64,000 nucleotides of DNA from a virus: the IMG/VR virus record IMGVR_UViG_3300007513_000015, positions 35,127-99,126 of that record; one strand, written 5' to 3'. Both the position numbers and the translations under genes were made by a program. Positions 1 through 10,700 of this stretch are shown here, one piece after another. Under the pieces are notes generated by a model that saw nothing but the letters and a program-made list of their open reading frames with translations, was not told the origin of the DNA and searched no databases. Within the stretch, counting starts at the first letter, position 1. Every line of letters begins with the position of its first letter.

Positions 1-735
1 CCTACTACAACAACAGAAACAGTAGAAGATTTGACAGAAAGAAAGACATTCGTTAATGGAATTCTTCAGGCGAATAACCCGCCTGTTATTTGGATTCAGC
101 CATCATTTATTGATGGAGAAGGTTCACACGACCACTTATTATATGATGGCTGTACACTTGACTCAGAAGGTCAATATGCAGGCAGAATCTGTGAACCAAT
201 TACACTTTCACAAGCAAATGAATTAATCAATGCTCAGGATATTAATTACGGATTCATTTTCTTCGATTCGCCTAATGGGGCTGACGCTCATTATCACGGA
301 TATACAATTAAGTTTAATCCTAATATTGGGCCAGATGGTGAGTTTGTTGTAACAGGAATCACTCAGTTTGATAGAATTCCTGGTACTGGTGAGACTGTAC
401 ATAAATTCAAGTTGTCTGGTGGTTATCACGATCACGATTATTGGATGAGCGTTTCTGAATACACTTCTCTTCTTTCTGGAAATCTCGTTATAACTCCTCA
501 GAGAGATATGATTCACGCAACTCAATATACACACGAATTGACAGTTTCACATACGACTGGACAATATAACATTGTATCACAAACTAGCGACTATGACAAT
601 CACAATTTGTTGACATATTTAGGTAGTGTTGCATTAGGTGGAGAATGGACACAAAACTTTGAAGGCGGCGGTGCAGGCGATCATATACATACTACAATCA
701 TTGATGATTCAAATGTGTGGCCTGTCCCAGTATAA
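1..735 (+). CDS. C-terminal part of baseplate wedge protein (gp7-like), His-rich; 5' truncated by the window
   Basis: Frame is open from base 1 (PTTTTETVEDLTERK...); lies directly upstream of gp8; several HxH motifs. Confidence 0.55.
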   Translation, partial: PTTTTETVEDLTERKTFVNGILQANNPPVIWIQPSFIDGEGSHDHLLYDGCTLDSEGQYAGRICEPITLSQANELINAQDINYGFIFFDSPNGADAHYHGYTIKFNPNIGPDGEFVVTGITQFDRIPGTGETVHKFKLSGGYHDHDYWMSVSEYTSLLSGNLVITPQRDMIHATQYTHELTVSHTTGQYNIVSQTSDYDNHNLLTYLGSVALGGEWTQNFEGGGAGDHIHTTIIDDSNVWPVPV

Positions 736-759
736 TGTAACGATAATTATTTTTAGATG

Positions 760-767
760 TATAAATA
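760..767 (+). promoter_or_regulatory. T4-type late promoter TATAAATA
   Basis: Exact gp55 consensus upstream of gp8. Confidence 0.75.
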
Positions 768-817
768 GTTCTGATTATTTAATCAAATATATTAAAAAAC
801 TTTAAGGAGTATTCAAA

Positions 818-1828
818 ATGGGTGCAATTGTAACCAGTAAATTTAGAACACAGAACTTGATGGTATTTATTGACCAGTTCAAAACTACTGGTTCTGTTGA
901 TGATAACTTCCTGTATCTAGGCTTCGGACGTTCACAAGCGTGGGCTGATGATGCTCAAGGAAATGACGAATCTTCAGGTAACTTCACATTACCTGATCCA
1001 CTTGATGAAGATGAAGGACAATATTGGGCTGACATTGTTGGCGCAAAGCGTATTCAGAATGATGATATATCACCTGTACTTCCACGTGTTGACTGGGAAG
1101 GCGGTGATACTTTAGCATTCGATGGTGATACTACTAATGGTATTGTAGGTATCGCTGAGCCCGGTCGTTCTTTCGTTTCAAAGACTGGATATCATTCAGT
1201 TATAATGAATTCAGAGTATCGTGTTTATATGTGTACTGGTGAACCTACTGGTGGTAAGTGTTATATTGGTGGTGTATTTGATGGTGGTACTGCTACTTCA
1301 CGTACAACTTGTGAGAACACTACTGGTGGATTATGGCTACCTACTGGTGCTTCTGAGGAACCAACTGGATTTACAGGTGATGCGGCAGGACTAACTTCAC
1401 AAGCAATTACTACTGCTGATGGTTATGTGTGGACTTTCCTTTATAAGCTAGAATTGAATGATATTATTAACTCAACTACAAATGACTGGATGCCTGTTAT
1501 TTCTGGTACTGGTGTTCTTTCTGGTTCTGAGCAATCAAACTTTGGTGATGTTGATGCTATCTTTACGGCAAAATGTCATCACGGTTTGATTCACGTTCGA
1601 CTAGAAACTTCTGATGGATTCCCAGAAAATGATGACTTCCGTCAAATTGGTCTGTTACGTAATCCTGAATTGGCGGGCGGTGGAACAAAGGCACAATCTG
1701 CGGTATATGCTGATGCTGTTACATCACTTGAACAAGATTCAGGACAGTTAATTTATCTTGAGAATCGCCGTGCGATTACTCGTGCTTCTGATCAGATTGA
1801 AGATTTGAAACTTGTAGTTGAATTCTAA
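818..1828 (+). CDS. gp8: Baseplate wedge subunit gp8
   Basis: AIVTSKFRT N-terminus, DGYVWTFLY, FRQIGLLRNP and C-terminal YLENRRAITRASDQIEDLKLVVEF, all characteristic of T4 gp8. Confidence 0.92.
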   Translation: MGAIVTSKFRTQNLMVFIDQFKTTGSVDDNFLYLGFGRSQAWADDAQGNDESSGNFTLPDPLDEDEGQYWADIVGAKRIQNDDISPVLPRVDWEGGDTLAFDGDTTNGIVGIAEPGRSFVSKTGYHSVIMNSEYRVYMCTGEPTGGKCYIGGVFDGGTATSRTTCENTTGGLWLPTGASEEPTGFTGDAAGLTSQAITTADGYVWTFLYKLELNDIINSTTNDWMPVISGTGVLSGSEQSNFGDVDAIFTAKCHHGLIHVRLETSDGFPENDDFRQIGLLRNPELAGGGTKAQSAVYADAVTSLEQDSGQLIYLENRRAITRASDQIEDLKLVVEF

Positions 1829-1847
1829 ATCTGTAAAAGCTATACTG

Positions 1848-1893
1848 AATATCCCTATTCTGTATATAAGATAAATATACGAATAGGGATATT
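1848..1893. promoter_or_regulatory. Long intergenic inverted repeat enclosing a late-promoter-like GATAAATA
   Basis: AATATCCCTATTC pairs with GAATAGGGATATT; inner GTATAT/ATATAC pair. Confidence 0.5.
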
Positions 1894-1921
1894 TCATAAG
1901 AACAAACTGTAGGATAAGATA

Positions 1922-4900
1922 ATGGCGTATAATTTTAACACTTCACCATACTATGACGATTTTAATGCAGATGATAGATTTCTAAGGATTCTATTCAATC
2001 CAGGTCGTGCTGTCCAGGCAAGAGAATTAACGCAAATTCAATCCATTCTACAGAATCAATTGCAGTCAGGCGCCAACCATATTTGGAAGAACGGTACTCC
2101 AGTAATTGGTGGTGAAGTATCAATTAATACAAGAGAATGGTTACAATTAGCTGATGTTGATTCGACCTGGTTGAATCGTGTTGTTTATGGAGAAACATCA
2201 AACGCGGTTGCGATAATTGAGCAACTACACGATGATGAAACTCAGCCAATTTATTATTATAGAGTTCTTTCAGGAAATTTTGCTGATACTGAAAATCTAC
2301 ATACATATGATACGGTTTGTGATGGTGGTTTCGATGAATCTGGTAATTGCGCGGACAACTCTTGGTATGATGCTACTCAAGCATACAAAGCGGGTGTTAT
2401 TACAGCAAAGGGTCAAGGTCTTGAAGCTAAAGTTGGGAATGGAATATACTGGTTGGATGGATTTTTCACTCCAGTATTAGAACAAACAATTTTTCTTTCT
2501 CCAACCTCTCCAACACCAACAACAAAAGTTGGTTTTGATATTGGAGAGAATATCATTGAATCTACAACTGATCCGAGACTTCTTGATCCTGCTTCAGGAT
2601 TCTATAATCAGAATGCTCCTGGTGCAGACAGATATCAAATTGCTTTAACCTTAGTAAAAGAAGAGGATTCTGCTGAATCTAATAAATGGATTTGGTTGAT
2701 GGACATTTCTGAAGGTAAAATCACAACTACATTTGAATCAACTACATATTCCCTTCTAGCAAATGAATTGGCACAGCGTACATATGATGAGAGTGGTAAC
2801 TATACACTAAATCCATTCCCATTAGAGATGAAAGAGAGTGCTGATTCTAGTAAATTTATAATTAAAGTAGAACCATCAAAAGCATATATTAATGGCCATT
2901 CTCACGAATTATTAGTTCCTACTGAACTTGAATCTAATAGAGCAAGAACATCAAGGCACGTGGCAAATGACCACATCACTCCTGAATTTGGTCCATATTT
3001 TGAGATTGAAAGTGTTAATGATTTACACGGTGTATTTAATGTAGTTAATAAGGAATATGTTAATTTTGTAACTGATGAAAATTATACTTCTGCTATTGCG
3101 AATCCAACAACTGTAGGTCAGAAACAAAGAATTACCCACGTTACTAAAGAGGATACCTCTTTTAGAATCTATGTTGAAAATGATGATGGTTTAGATGCTA
3201 TTTCACCAGCACGTTATATTGTTTCAGAAAGTGATCCTGATGTATATGCTAAACTATATCGTCCAACGGGAGTAGCAACCCGCAATGGGGTTAATTATCC
3301 TTGGATATATAAAATGACGGATATTGTTTCGTCTGTTACTCTTGGACAGGTAACATTCTCAACACAAAAGAATTTCAGTGCAACATTAACCTCTGATACT
3401 GCTTCTGTTCCTGCTGTATTTAATGATATGCATTGGGAACGTGTTTTATACATTTTCGATGATACTACAGGAAGTATTATTCCTAAATCTGGCACGGTCG
3501 CTTCTGGTGATATGTGGACTGCTGACTTATCAGGAAACACAAACGCTATTATTAATATAGTTGACCAGGATGGTAATGTTAGCACTAATTTAAGTGGACA
3601 CCATATTAGCATTATGGCTGATATGTATATGAGTAATGCCCAGTGGAGGTCAATTGGTCAAGATGCTGCCGCATCTGGTGACTTCATTCTTTCCGATGAA
3701 GTGTTGACTCTTCCACACGGTGTAACTAAAATTGTTTCTGTAATTGCTCCTGATACAACAAATGTTACTAACTCTTTCACTTTCCTTTATGGTGAGACTG
3801 ACACCACATATGGCAATGCCACACTCACTTGGACAGATACAGTAAACGCCTCTCAACCGGGCACATATACAGTTACATATGAAGTATATAACTTCGGCAA
3901 CATCACAACAGCAAACTATTTCGCTGTAAACTCATATACTGATGCTGGTTTATCATATGAGATTATTCCTGCATATAGAGGAAATGTTAATCAGGAAATT
4001 TTTTCACTAGCAGATACACTTGATTTCAGAACATCGGAGGATGATTATGCTGTGGGTACATATTTACCACTTCCTTCATCTAATATTTCTGTTTCATATG
4101 ACTACTATCTTCCTAGAAAGGATAGACTTGTAATTGATGATGATGGTATTATTTCAATCAAAGAGGGATTCCCTTCTGATGATCCGATTCTTCCTACAGA
4201 AGAACCAAATGAAATGACACTATATACAATGTTTGTTCCTGCTTATACATTTGAACATAAAAATGTTAATGTCACTCACGTTAAAAACAAACGATACACA
4301 ATGCAGGATATTCGAGGCATTGAGAATAGACTTGATAAATTAGAATATTACACCGCACTAAATCTACTAGAACAAGAAACTGCGGCGATGCAGGTTATTG
4401 ATGAGAGTGGTTTAATGCGTTATAAGAATGGTATGCTAGTGGATCCATTCGTAGACCACGGCATTGGTGATATCAATGATGAAGAATACTATGTTTCGAT
4501 TTATCCAGAAGCAGGTATTTGCACAACTCCATTTGAAATGAGTGGTCTTGATTTTGAGGGTGGTGTTGTCTCTGGAATGAGAAAGAATAACATTACATAT
4601 ACACTTGATTTTGATATTATCGAGAGTTGGATTTCTCAACCATATGGTTCACAAGTTATCAATCTAAATCCTTACGCAAGAAAATCTTGGGTTGGATTCG
4701 TAACACTTACTCCTTCAACTGATACTTGGTTTGAAGAAGAATATATGCCTGATGTTATTATTCAAAATGAAAATAATAATGCAGTTCTACAACAAGTAGA
4801 GACTTATGGCACTCAAACTCGCTGGGGTAATTGGCAGACAACTTGGAGTGGTTGGAGAGATACTGGCGGAAGATTTGGAGTAACCAGTGGTGCAGAACAA

Positions 4901-7330
4901 ACATTCGGCGGTTGGGGTGGTGCTGGTACAGCAAGAAGAGTTTTCAATGGAACCCAAGGAAGACTTGGTCGTCAATCAGGCGGTATCTCAAGACAGGTTA
5001 GTGTTTGGAGAACTATTGTTAATAGAGAAAGATGGCAACAGGCTCAGCAACAGCAAAGTTCTCAAGTTCGTACAGGTGAAAGAAGTTGGATGGAAACCAA
5101 TGATATCAGAACAGAAGTTGGTGACCGTTTAGTTGATACTTCTGCTATTCCTTGGATGAGATCAATACCTATCACAGTGGAAGCAGATAAATTACGACCT
5201 AATACTGTAATACATTTTAAATTTGACGGTGTCGATGTTGATGCTTATATGACTCCTGAAGGCGGTTCAATGGGTGATGCTGTTTCTACGGATTCTATGG
5301 GACGATTAAGAAATACTATATTCACTGTTCCTTCCGAAGGTTCCGATGGCGTTAGATTTAGAACTGGCACAAAAATACTTGATATGAAAGATTCATATGA
5401 GTCTGATATGACGACTCAAGCAATTGCACCATTCACCTCTGCTGGAACACTTCACACCAGACAAAAAGATATTCTTTCGACTCTCGAATCATATACAGTC
5501 ACAGAATCTATTAGAGATGATAGATCAATCCTTGGACCACGCAGAACTGTTTCGAGAAGTAGAGTAATTAATTCCTCTACATCAAGGATGAATGTTTCGT
5601 TGTGGTATGATCCAGTAGCAGAATCATTCCTTGTTAATGATATGGAGGGCGGGGTATTTATTGATTCAATTGATCTTTACTTCTGGTCAAAAGATGACGA
5701 ATCAACTCCAGTTCGTGTTGAACTTCGTACAATGGAGAATGGATATCCTACGGCTTCTGAAATCCCATTGGCTTCTTCTATGCTATATCCTGAAGATGTT
5801 GTAACAGCTTCAAATGGTACTGCTAATACTCGTTTCACCTTTGCTGATCCAATTTATCTAATGAACGGCACAGAATATTGTTTCGTTGTTATTTCCGATT
5901 CACTTAAATACAATTTGTTTATTTCAGAATTAGGAGAAACAGATTTAGCGACAGGAGAGTATATATCTTCACAACCTTATCTTGGTTCAATGTTCACTTC
6001 ACAGAATAACACAACTTGGACTGCCGAACAAAATAAAGATGTTAAGTTCCGGATTAACAGGTGTGATTTTGATACTGGTTCCGAAGGAACCATTCAATTG
6101 AATATGAAGGGATTTGATGGAACTAAAAAGATTACCAGTTTTACGCCAAACTTCCAGCCTATGGTTCTAACTGGAACTGATTTCACTCTTGAAGGAATTA
6201 TTAACGGTAATACGAATAATACTATTACCGGTATTCTTGATAACGAGAACGAGTTCCTTGAACAACAAGAAACTATTGATGGATCTCATACAATTGAAGG
6301 TGGTTATCAATATACCCCAATTTCTTATATAGCAACTGTTTCTTCTGAAAACTCAAATATATCTCCCGTTATTAACACAGAGAGAATGGGCACTATTATT
6401 CAAAACAATGTTGTTTTTGATAATGCAACTGAGGAAAAGAATCAGAAAGGTGTTTATCTTTCTAAAGATATTAAACTCTCAAATCCAGCAATGGATTTAG
6501 TTATGTGGCTGTCTATTCAAGCAGTTCCTAATACATATATTAAAGTGTTCTATGACACAGGTAAAGTGATTCCGCGTTATATTACTACTAAATCCTATAC
6601 AAACACGATTACACACGGTGATTATAATGTGAATGATTTTGAGGAAGAATATGCTTATGTATATCCTGCTGGAACTAATAGTCCTGAGAATACAATCACT
6701 AATAATGGCCAAGGTATTGCGTCTTGGACTGGTGTGATTGGATCCACACCTGCTTCTACTCACGTTTCAACAGCATATGTTGATGGTGATGATAATCCAG
6801 ATAATACAACTATGATGCATATTGCTGATATATCTAATATGAAGAGTATTGTTAAGTCTTGTTTCATTTCAAGATATGACCTTGATACTGTAACTGCTGA
6901 TGTTACAAGTGCTGGTATTGGTACTGATATCTCTAATTATGAAGTTGGAGATATTTGGTTCGGTATTTGGGATAATGACTTGGATAGAAAGTTCTATCGT
7001 AAAATTCTGATGGCGGATGGTTCTATGAGTAAGGAAGAAGTTCCTGTTCTTGAAATTGATTCTGAGGTTCCAGAAGAGCATCCTGATTTTGGTATTAATC
7101 TTGCTGTTATTGAAGAAGATGCAGTCACTTGGAGAGAAATGAAAGACTCAGGTACAGGTATTACAAACTCTTCTATTGTTACTGATATGGAGTTTGTTGA
7201 ACATACTTTCTCTCCATTGAAGAAAATTGTTGATGAGTTTGATCACTTTAGAGTTAAGATTGAACTTCACACAACTAATCCAGTTTATCTTCCTGCTGTA
7301 CGTGAATTACGTGTAATGGCAGTAACATAG
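1922..7330 (+). CDS. Large virion structural protein (DUF4815-like)
   Basis: N-terminus PYYDDF...LFNPGRAVQARELTQIQSILQNQ, APGADRY, LAQRTYDESGNY, DPVAESF, YLGSMFTSQN motifs; follows gp8. Confidence 0.8.
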   Translation: MAYNFNTSPYYDDFNADDRFLRILFNPGRAVQARELTQIQSILQNQLQSGANHIWKNGTPVIGGEVSINTREWLQLADVDSTWLNRVVYGETSNAVAIIEQLHDDETQPIYYYRVLSGNFADTENLHTYDTVCDGGFDESGNCADNSWYDATQAYKAGVITAKGQGLEAKVGNGIYWLDGFFTPVLEQTIFLSPTSPTPTTKVGFDIGENIIESTTDPRLLDPASGFYNQNAPGADRYQIALTLVKEEDSAESNKWIWLMDISEGKITTTFESTTYSLLANELAQRTYDESGNYTLNPFPLEMKESADSSKFIIKVEPSKAYINGHSHELLVPTELESNRARTSRHVANDHITPEFGPYFEIESVNDLHGVFNVVNKEYVNFVTDENYTSAIANPTTVGQKQRITHVTKEDTSFRIYVENDDGLDAISPARYIVSESDPDVYAKLYRPTGVATRNGVNYPWIYKMTDIVSSVTLGQVTFSTQKNFSATLTSDTASVPAVFNDMHWERVLYIFDDTTGSIIPKSGTVASGDMWTADLSGNTNAIINIVDQDGNVSTNLSGHHISIMADMYMSNAQWRSIGQDAAASGDFILSDEVLTLPHGVTKIVSVIAPDTTNVTNSFTFLYGETDTTYGNATLTWTDTVNASQPGTYTVTYEVYNFGNITTANYFAVNSYTDAGLSYEIIPAYRGNVNQEIFSLADTLDFRTSEDDYAVGTYLPLPSSNISVSYDYYLPRKDRLVIDDDGIISIKEGFPSDDPILPTEEPNEMTLYTMFVPAYTFEHKNVNVTHVKNKRYTMQDIRGIENRLDKLEYYTALNLLEQETAAMQVIDESGLMRYKNGMLVDPFVDHGIGDINDEEYYVSIYPEAGICTTPFEMSGLDFEGGVVSGMRKNNITYTLDFDIIESWISQPYGSQVINLNPYARKSWVGFVTLTPSTDTWFEEEYMPDVIIQNENNNAVLQQVETYGTQTRWGNWQTTWSGWRDTGGRFGVTSGAEQTFGGWGGAGTARRVFNGTQGRLGRQSGGISRQVSVWRTIVNRERWQQAQQQQSSQVRTGERSWMETNDIRTEVGDRLVDTSAIPWMRSIPITVEADKLRPNTVIHFKFDGVDVDAYMTPEGGSMGDAVSTDSMGRLRNTIFTVPSEGSDGVRFRTGTKILDMKDSYESDMTTQAIAPFTSAGTLHTRQKDILSTLESYTVTESIRDDRSILGPRRTVSRSRVINSSTSRMNVSLWYDPVAESFLVNDMEGGVFIDSIDLYFWSKDDESTPVRVELRTMENGYPTASEIPLASSMLYPEDVVTASNGTANTRFTFADPIYLMNGTEYCFVVISDSLKYNLFISELGETDLATGEYISSQPYLGSMFTSQNNTTWTAEQNKDVKFRINRCDFDTGSEGTIQLNMKGFDGTKKITSFTPNFQPMVLTGTDFTLEGIINGNTNNTITGILDNENEFLEQQETIDGSHTIEGGYQYTPISYIATVSSENSNISPVINTERMGTIIQNNVVFDNATEEKNQKGVYLSKDIKLSNPAMDLVMWLSIQAVPNTYIKVFYDTGKVIPRYITTKSYTNTITHGDYNVNDFEEEYAYVYPAGTNSPENTITNNGQGIASWTGVIGSTPASTHVSTAYVDGDDNPDNTTMMHIADISNMKSIVKSCFISRYDLDTVTADVTSAGIGTDISNYEVGDIWFGIWDNDLDRKFYRKILMADGSMSKEEVPVLEIDSEVPEEHPDFGINLAVIEEDAVTWREMKDSGTGITNSSIVTDMEFVEHTFSPLKKIVDEFDHFRVKIELHTTNPVYLPAVRELRVMAVT

Positions 7331-7339
7331 GAGAATAAA

Positions 7340-7549
7340 GTGAAAGAACTAAATTACACCAAAGATAGAAAAACAGGTGCTGTTATCTTCAATGATGTGG
7401 ATGCTTATGCTCAAAGAAAAAAAGTAATTGAGAAACAGAAAATCACTAAGGCTGTAGAGAAAGATTCTAAAAAAGTTATAAATAGTCTTAGAAATGAAAT
7501 TAATGGGCTGAAACAACTCCTAAAAGGTTTGATTGAAAATCAAGGATAA
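7340..7549 (+). CDS. Small hypothetical protein (coiled-coil C-terminus)
   Basis: GGAGA RBS with GTG start; KDRKTGAVI motif; position after the DUF4815-like gene. Confidence 0.65.
   Translation: MKELNYTKDRKTGAVIFNDVDAYAQRKKVIEKQKITKAVEKDSKKVINSLRNEINGLKQLLKGLIENQG
7477..7484 (+). promoter_or_regulatory. Late promoter TATAAATA (intragenic)
   Basis: Exact consensus upstream of the 7533 and 7764 genes. Confidence 0.5.
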
Positions 7550-7745
7550 TTCTATGATTGGAACTACTGAAATACCATACGTAAGAAAGGACGAAACTTT
7601 CAAAACTTGGCGTGAACGTACAAATCAAATGATTCAGCAACAAAATAATTTCGTTAGAATGCAGGAATTTGAGATGCTGGGAGTAAGTGATCCATATGTT
7701 ACTACTTCAATGCAGTTAAATTACGCAAGTGAAACAACTGATTAA
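7533..7745 (+). CDS. Small virion-associated hypothetical protein; true start may be the ATG near 7554
   Basis: ETFKTWRERTN motif resembles N-termini of phage fibre/structural proteins. Confidence 0.55.
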   Translation: MKIKDNSMIGTTEIPYVRKDETFKTWRERTNQMIQQQNNFVRMQEFEMLGVSDPYVTTSMQLNYASETTD

Positions 7746-7763
7746 TATTTAGGAAGAATAATA

Positions 7764-10700
7764 ATGGCACACTATACAGGTCACAAATTCACTTTAACTG
7801 AATTAAATACAATAGAACAACAGAAGAGTGATTTTCTCAACTCTCTGAATATTAAATTATCTGCTCCTGATCTGTTAGTTAAGGATCTATCTCTGATGTT
7901 GAAGTCTCTGGAAGTAATGGAGAATCTTGAGCATTTACCAGAGTATAAAGACTTTCTGATTAATGTTGCTAATCGTTCTGCAACATTTGTTAATCCAACA
8001 GAAATGATTCCTAATGGTGGTTTTGATGTAACATATAACACAACAAACCTTGTCACCAATTCGTCTTTTTCTGCTGATGCTTTTGAACTTGAAATAATTA
8101 AAAACTCTGGTTTTGATGTTCCTGTTGACCTTGCACGTCCTTGGGCGAATGGTATTGCATATAAGTTTGATACATTATTTACAGAAGGCACTCAAATTGT
8201 TCAAGCATTCACTGATGGACAACAGACTGCTCTTACTTGGTTCGAGACTGAATTAAAACCCAATACACAGTACAAGTTTTCTTATGACTTGACTGTAAAT
8301 CCAGTTAATTGGGATTTACTGAGTGGTGGCTTCAATATGGTTGATATACCATCTTCTGATAAAGCAGTATTCTCGGAGACTGGCGGCGGCCCTGATCCAC
8401 AAACATTCATTTGTTCTGTAATTGAAGATGCATCTTTGGTTCGTCCTACTTGTGATGGCGTTGCCATCGAGTGGAATACTTCTATTGAACAAATGGCTAT
8501 TGATTGTCAATCTGGCGGCGGCGTTTGGGATGAAGGCGCTATTAATGATCCACAAGCACAAAATCACATACTGATTCCTTATCATATTAATGCTCGGGAA
8601 GGCGACACAATCATTTTCACTAATCCATCTACATCTATTCTGGTTCACAATGCTGTATCTGATGATAATATTGCATTCATTTCACCAGACTTAAATCCAG
8701 GAGAATCTTGGTCTTGGGTAGTTGACGGTTATCACGACTTGTATTTCCACTGTACATTCCACCCACTTGAAGAAGGTCGTTTAACTTCCACAACTAATCA
8801 TAGATACGTTTATGCTATCGACCACGGTTTGAATCCGGGCGATACAGTTAAGATTCCTATTAATTATGGTGCGAATGTTGCATTACCATCATTATCAAAT
8901 TCTTATGCTATTAACTTAGCATTACCACAATCTTGTACTTCACTTGGTGGTGCGGGCGACCAAAATGTAGTTGAGTCTCTATATCACGATTTATCAATTG
9001 GTAATATTGTTTCCTTCCAGTCTGGTGAAGTTGAAACGAATCCTGATGCTGGTGTTCCTGTTGATGTAGTTTTTCAAGGCGGCACTGGTTCAGATACTGC
9101 TAATGCGTCTGCGAGTGTTCAAGTCACTGGCGGTGTTGTTTCTGATATATCACTAACAAGTGGTGGTTCTGGATATATTGAAATTCCTACAGTTTATATT
9201 GTGGGTGGAGGCGGTGCTGGTGCTACTGCATCAATTAATTTCTCTGGCAACATAACATCTATAAGTATTGATGATATCGGTTCTGGTTACCAAACTGCTC
9301 CTACTGTTCAAATATCTGCTCCAGATGTAGCAACAATTCCTGATGGTATTGGTGGCACAATACCAACAACTCCAGCAACTGCTATAGCAACAATTAATGC
9401 CTCTGGGTCAATAGATTCTATTACCATTACGGAGAATGGTAGTGGTTACCATTCTCCTCCAACTATTACACTTGTAGGTGGTACACCTACAGTAGCAGGT
9501 AGTGTTAGTGGAGAAATTAACGGTTCTGTTCTTGGTATTACACTTATATCAGGTGGCTCAGGTTATGGTTCTGGTGATGGTTCTGTTGGAGTAGGCGAAC
9601 GTAAATGGGAAGAATATATTATTACTGCTGTTCAAAAGGGCGATGCTCGTGTAGATATATTCTTTGATGATGTTAATGTTATCGGACACTTGCATACTGC
9701 TGAATTAACTCCTGCTGAATATCAACAGATTAAGAATGGCACACCTACAGTTATTATGACTTCTACTGATGGTGAAGGTTCTGGAGAGAATTCTCCTCAC
9801 TCACACTCTGCAACTTTCGATTGGGATCCTGCATTAAATAATGGCGACGGTGGTATGTACCTTGTTGGTATGACAGGTTCACACACTCACGGAATGCAGA
9901 ACTATTATGATATTACTGGCGGCACTAAGGTAGAACTTACTAACTTCGGTCACTATCACGAGATTCTAATTTCTCTTGATGATGAGGCTACTCTTAAGGC
10001 CGCTCCACTACAGAATGTAACACAGGATACTGACGGTACTTGGAGTGCTACTTCAGGCAATACACTGATTCTTACTTCTGACTACGGTACTTCTGATCCT
10101 CAGCATTTCCATACTCTTGAGATGGGGTGTTTGGATCCAGACAATGATACTTACTTAATCATTGCTATTGACCAGCATATCCACGATTTCGATAGAGTTT
10201 GGTACCCTGGTTCTTCACAGTTTACACTTGGTCAGTATAATTTTGCGTTAGGTGGAGATGATACTAATCCCACATCTATTAATCTTCCATTTATTGATAT
10301 TATTGGATATGTTAAGAAAGATAAAGGTATCGAATGTGATGCTCACGGCTTGAAAGCTGGCGATAAAGTTCATTATCAGAATGTTTATAACGGCATTCAT
10401 CACGGTAATACTAACTACTTTGTTGACTATGTTATCGATTGGGATCACTTTGTATTAACCGAATCTGTTATTTATCCGCTTGAAAATGCTCCTGGCACAA
10501 CTCCAACACAATTCGATGTTGTTGAATCTTATGAAGTTGTTGCGGATTTAGCATCATATAGATTTGAAGTAGAAAGAGATTTAACAAATCACGTTGGTTC
10601 TCCATTTATTGAAGGCGTAGAGATTCATTGGTCACGTCCTAGAACAGTAAAATCAACCAATCACGGACTTTCTGTTGGCGATGTTGTTCAGTTACCTTCT

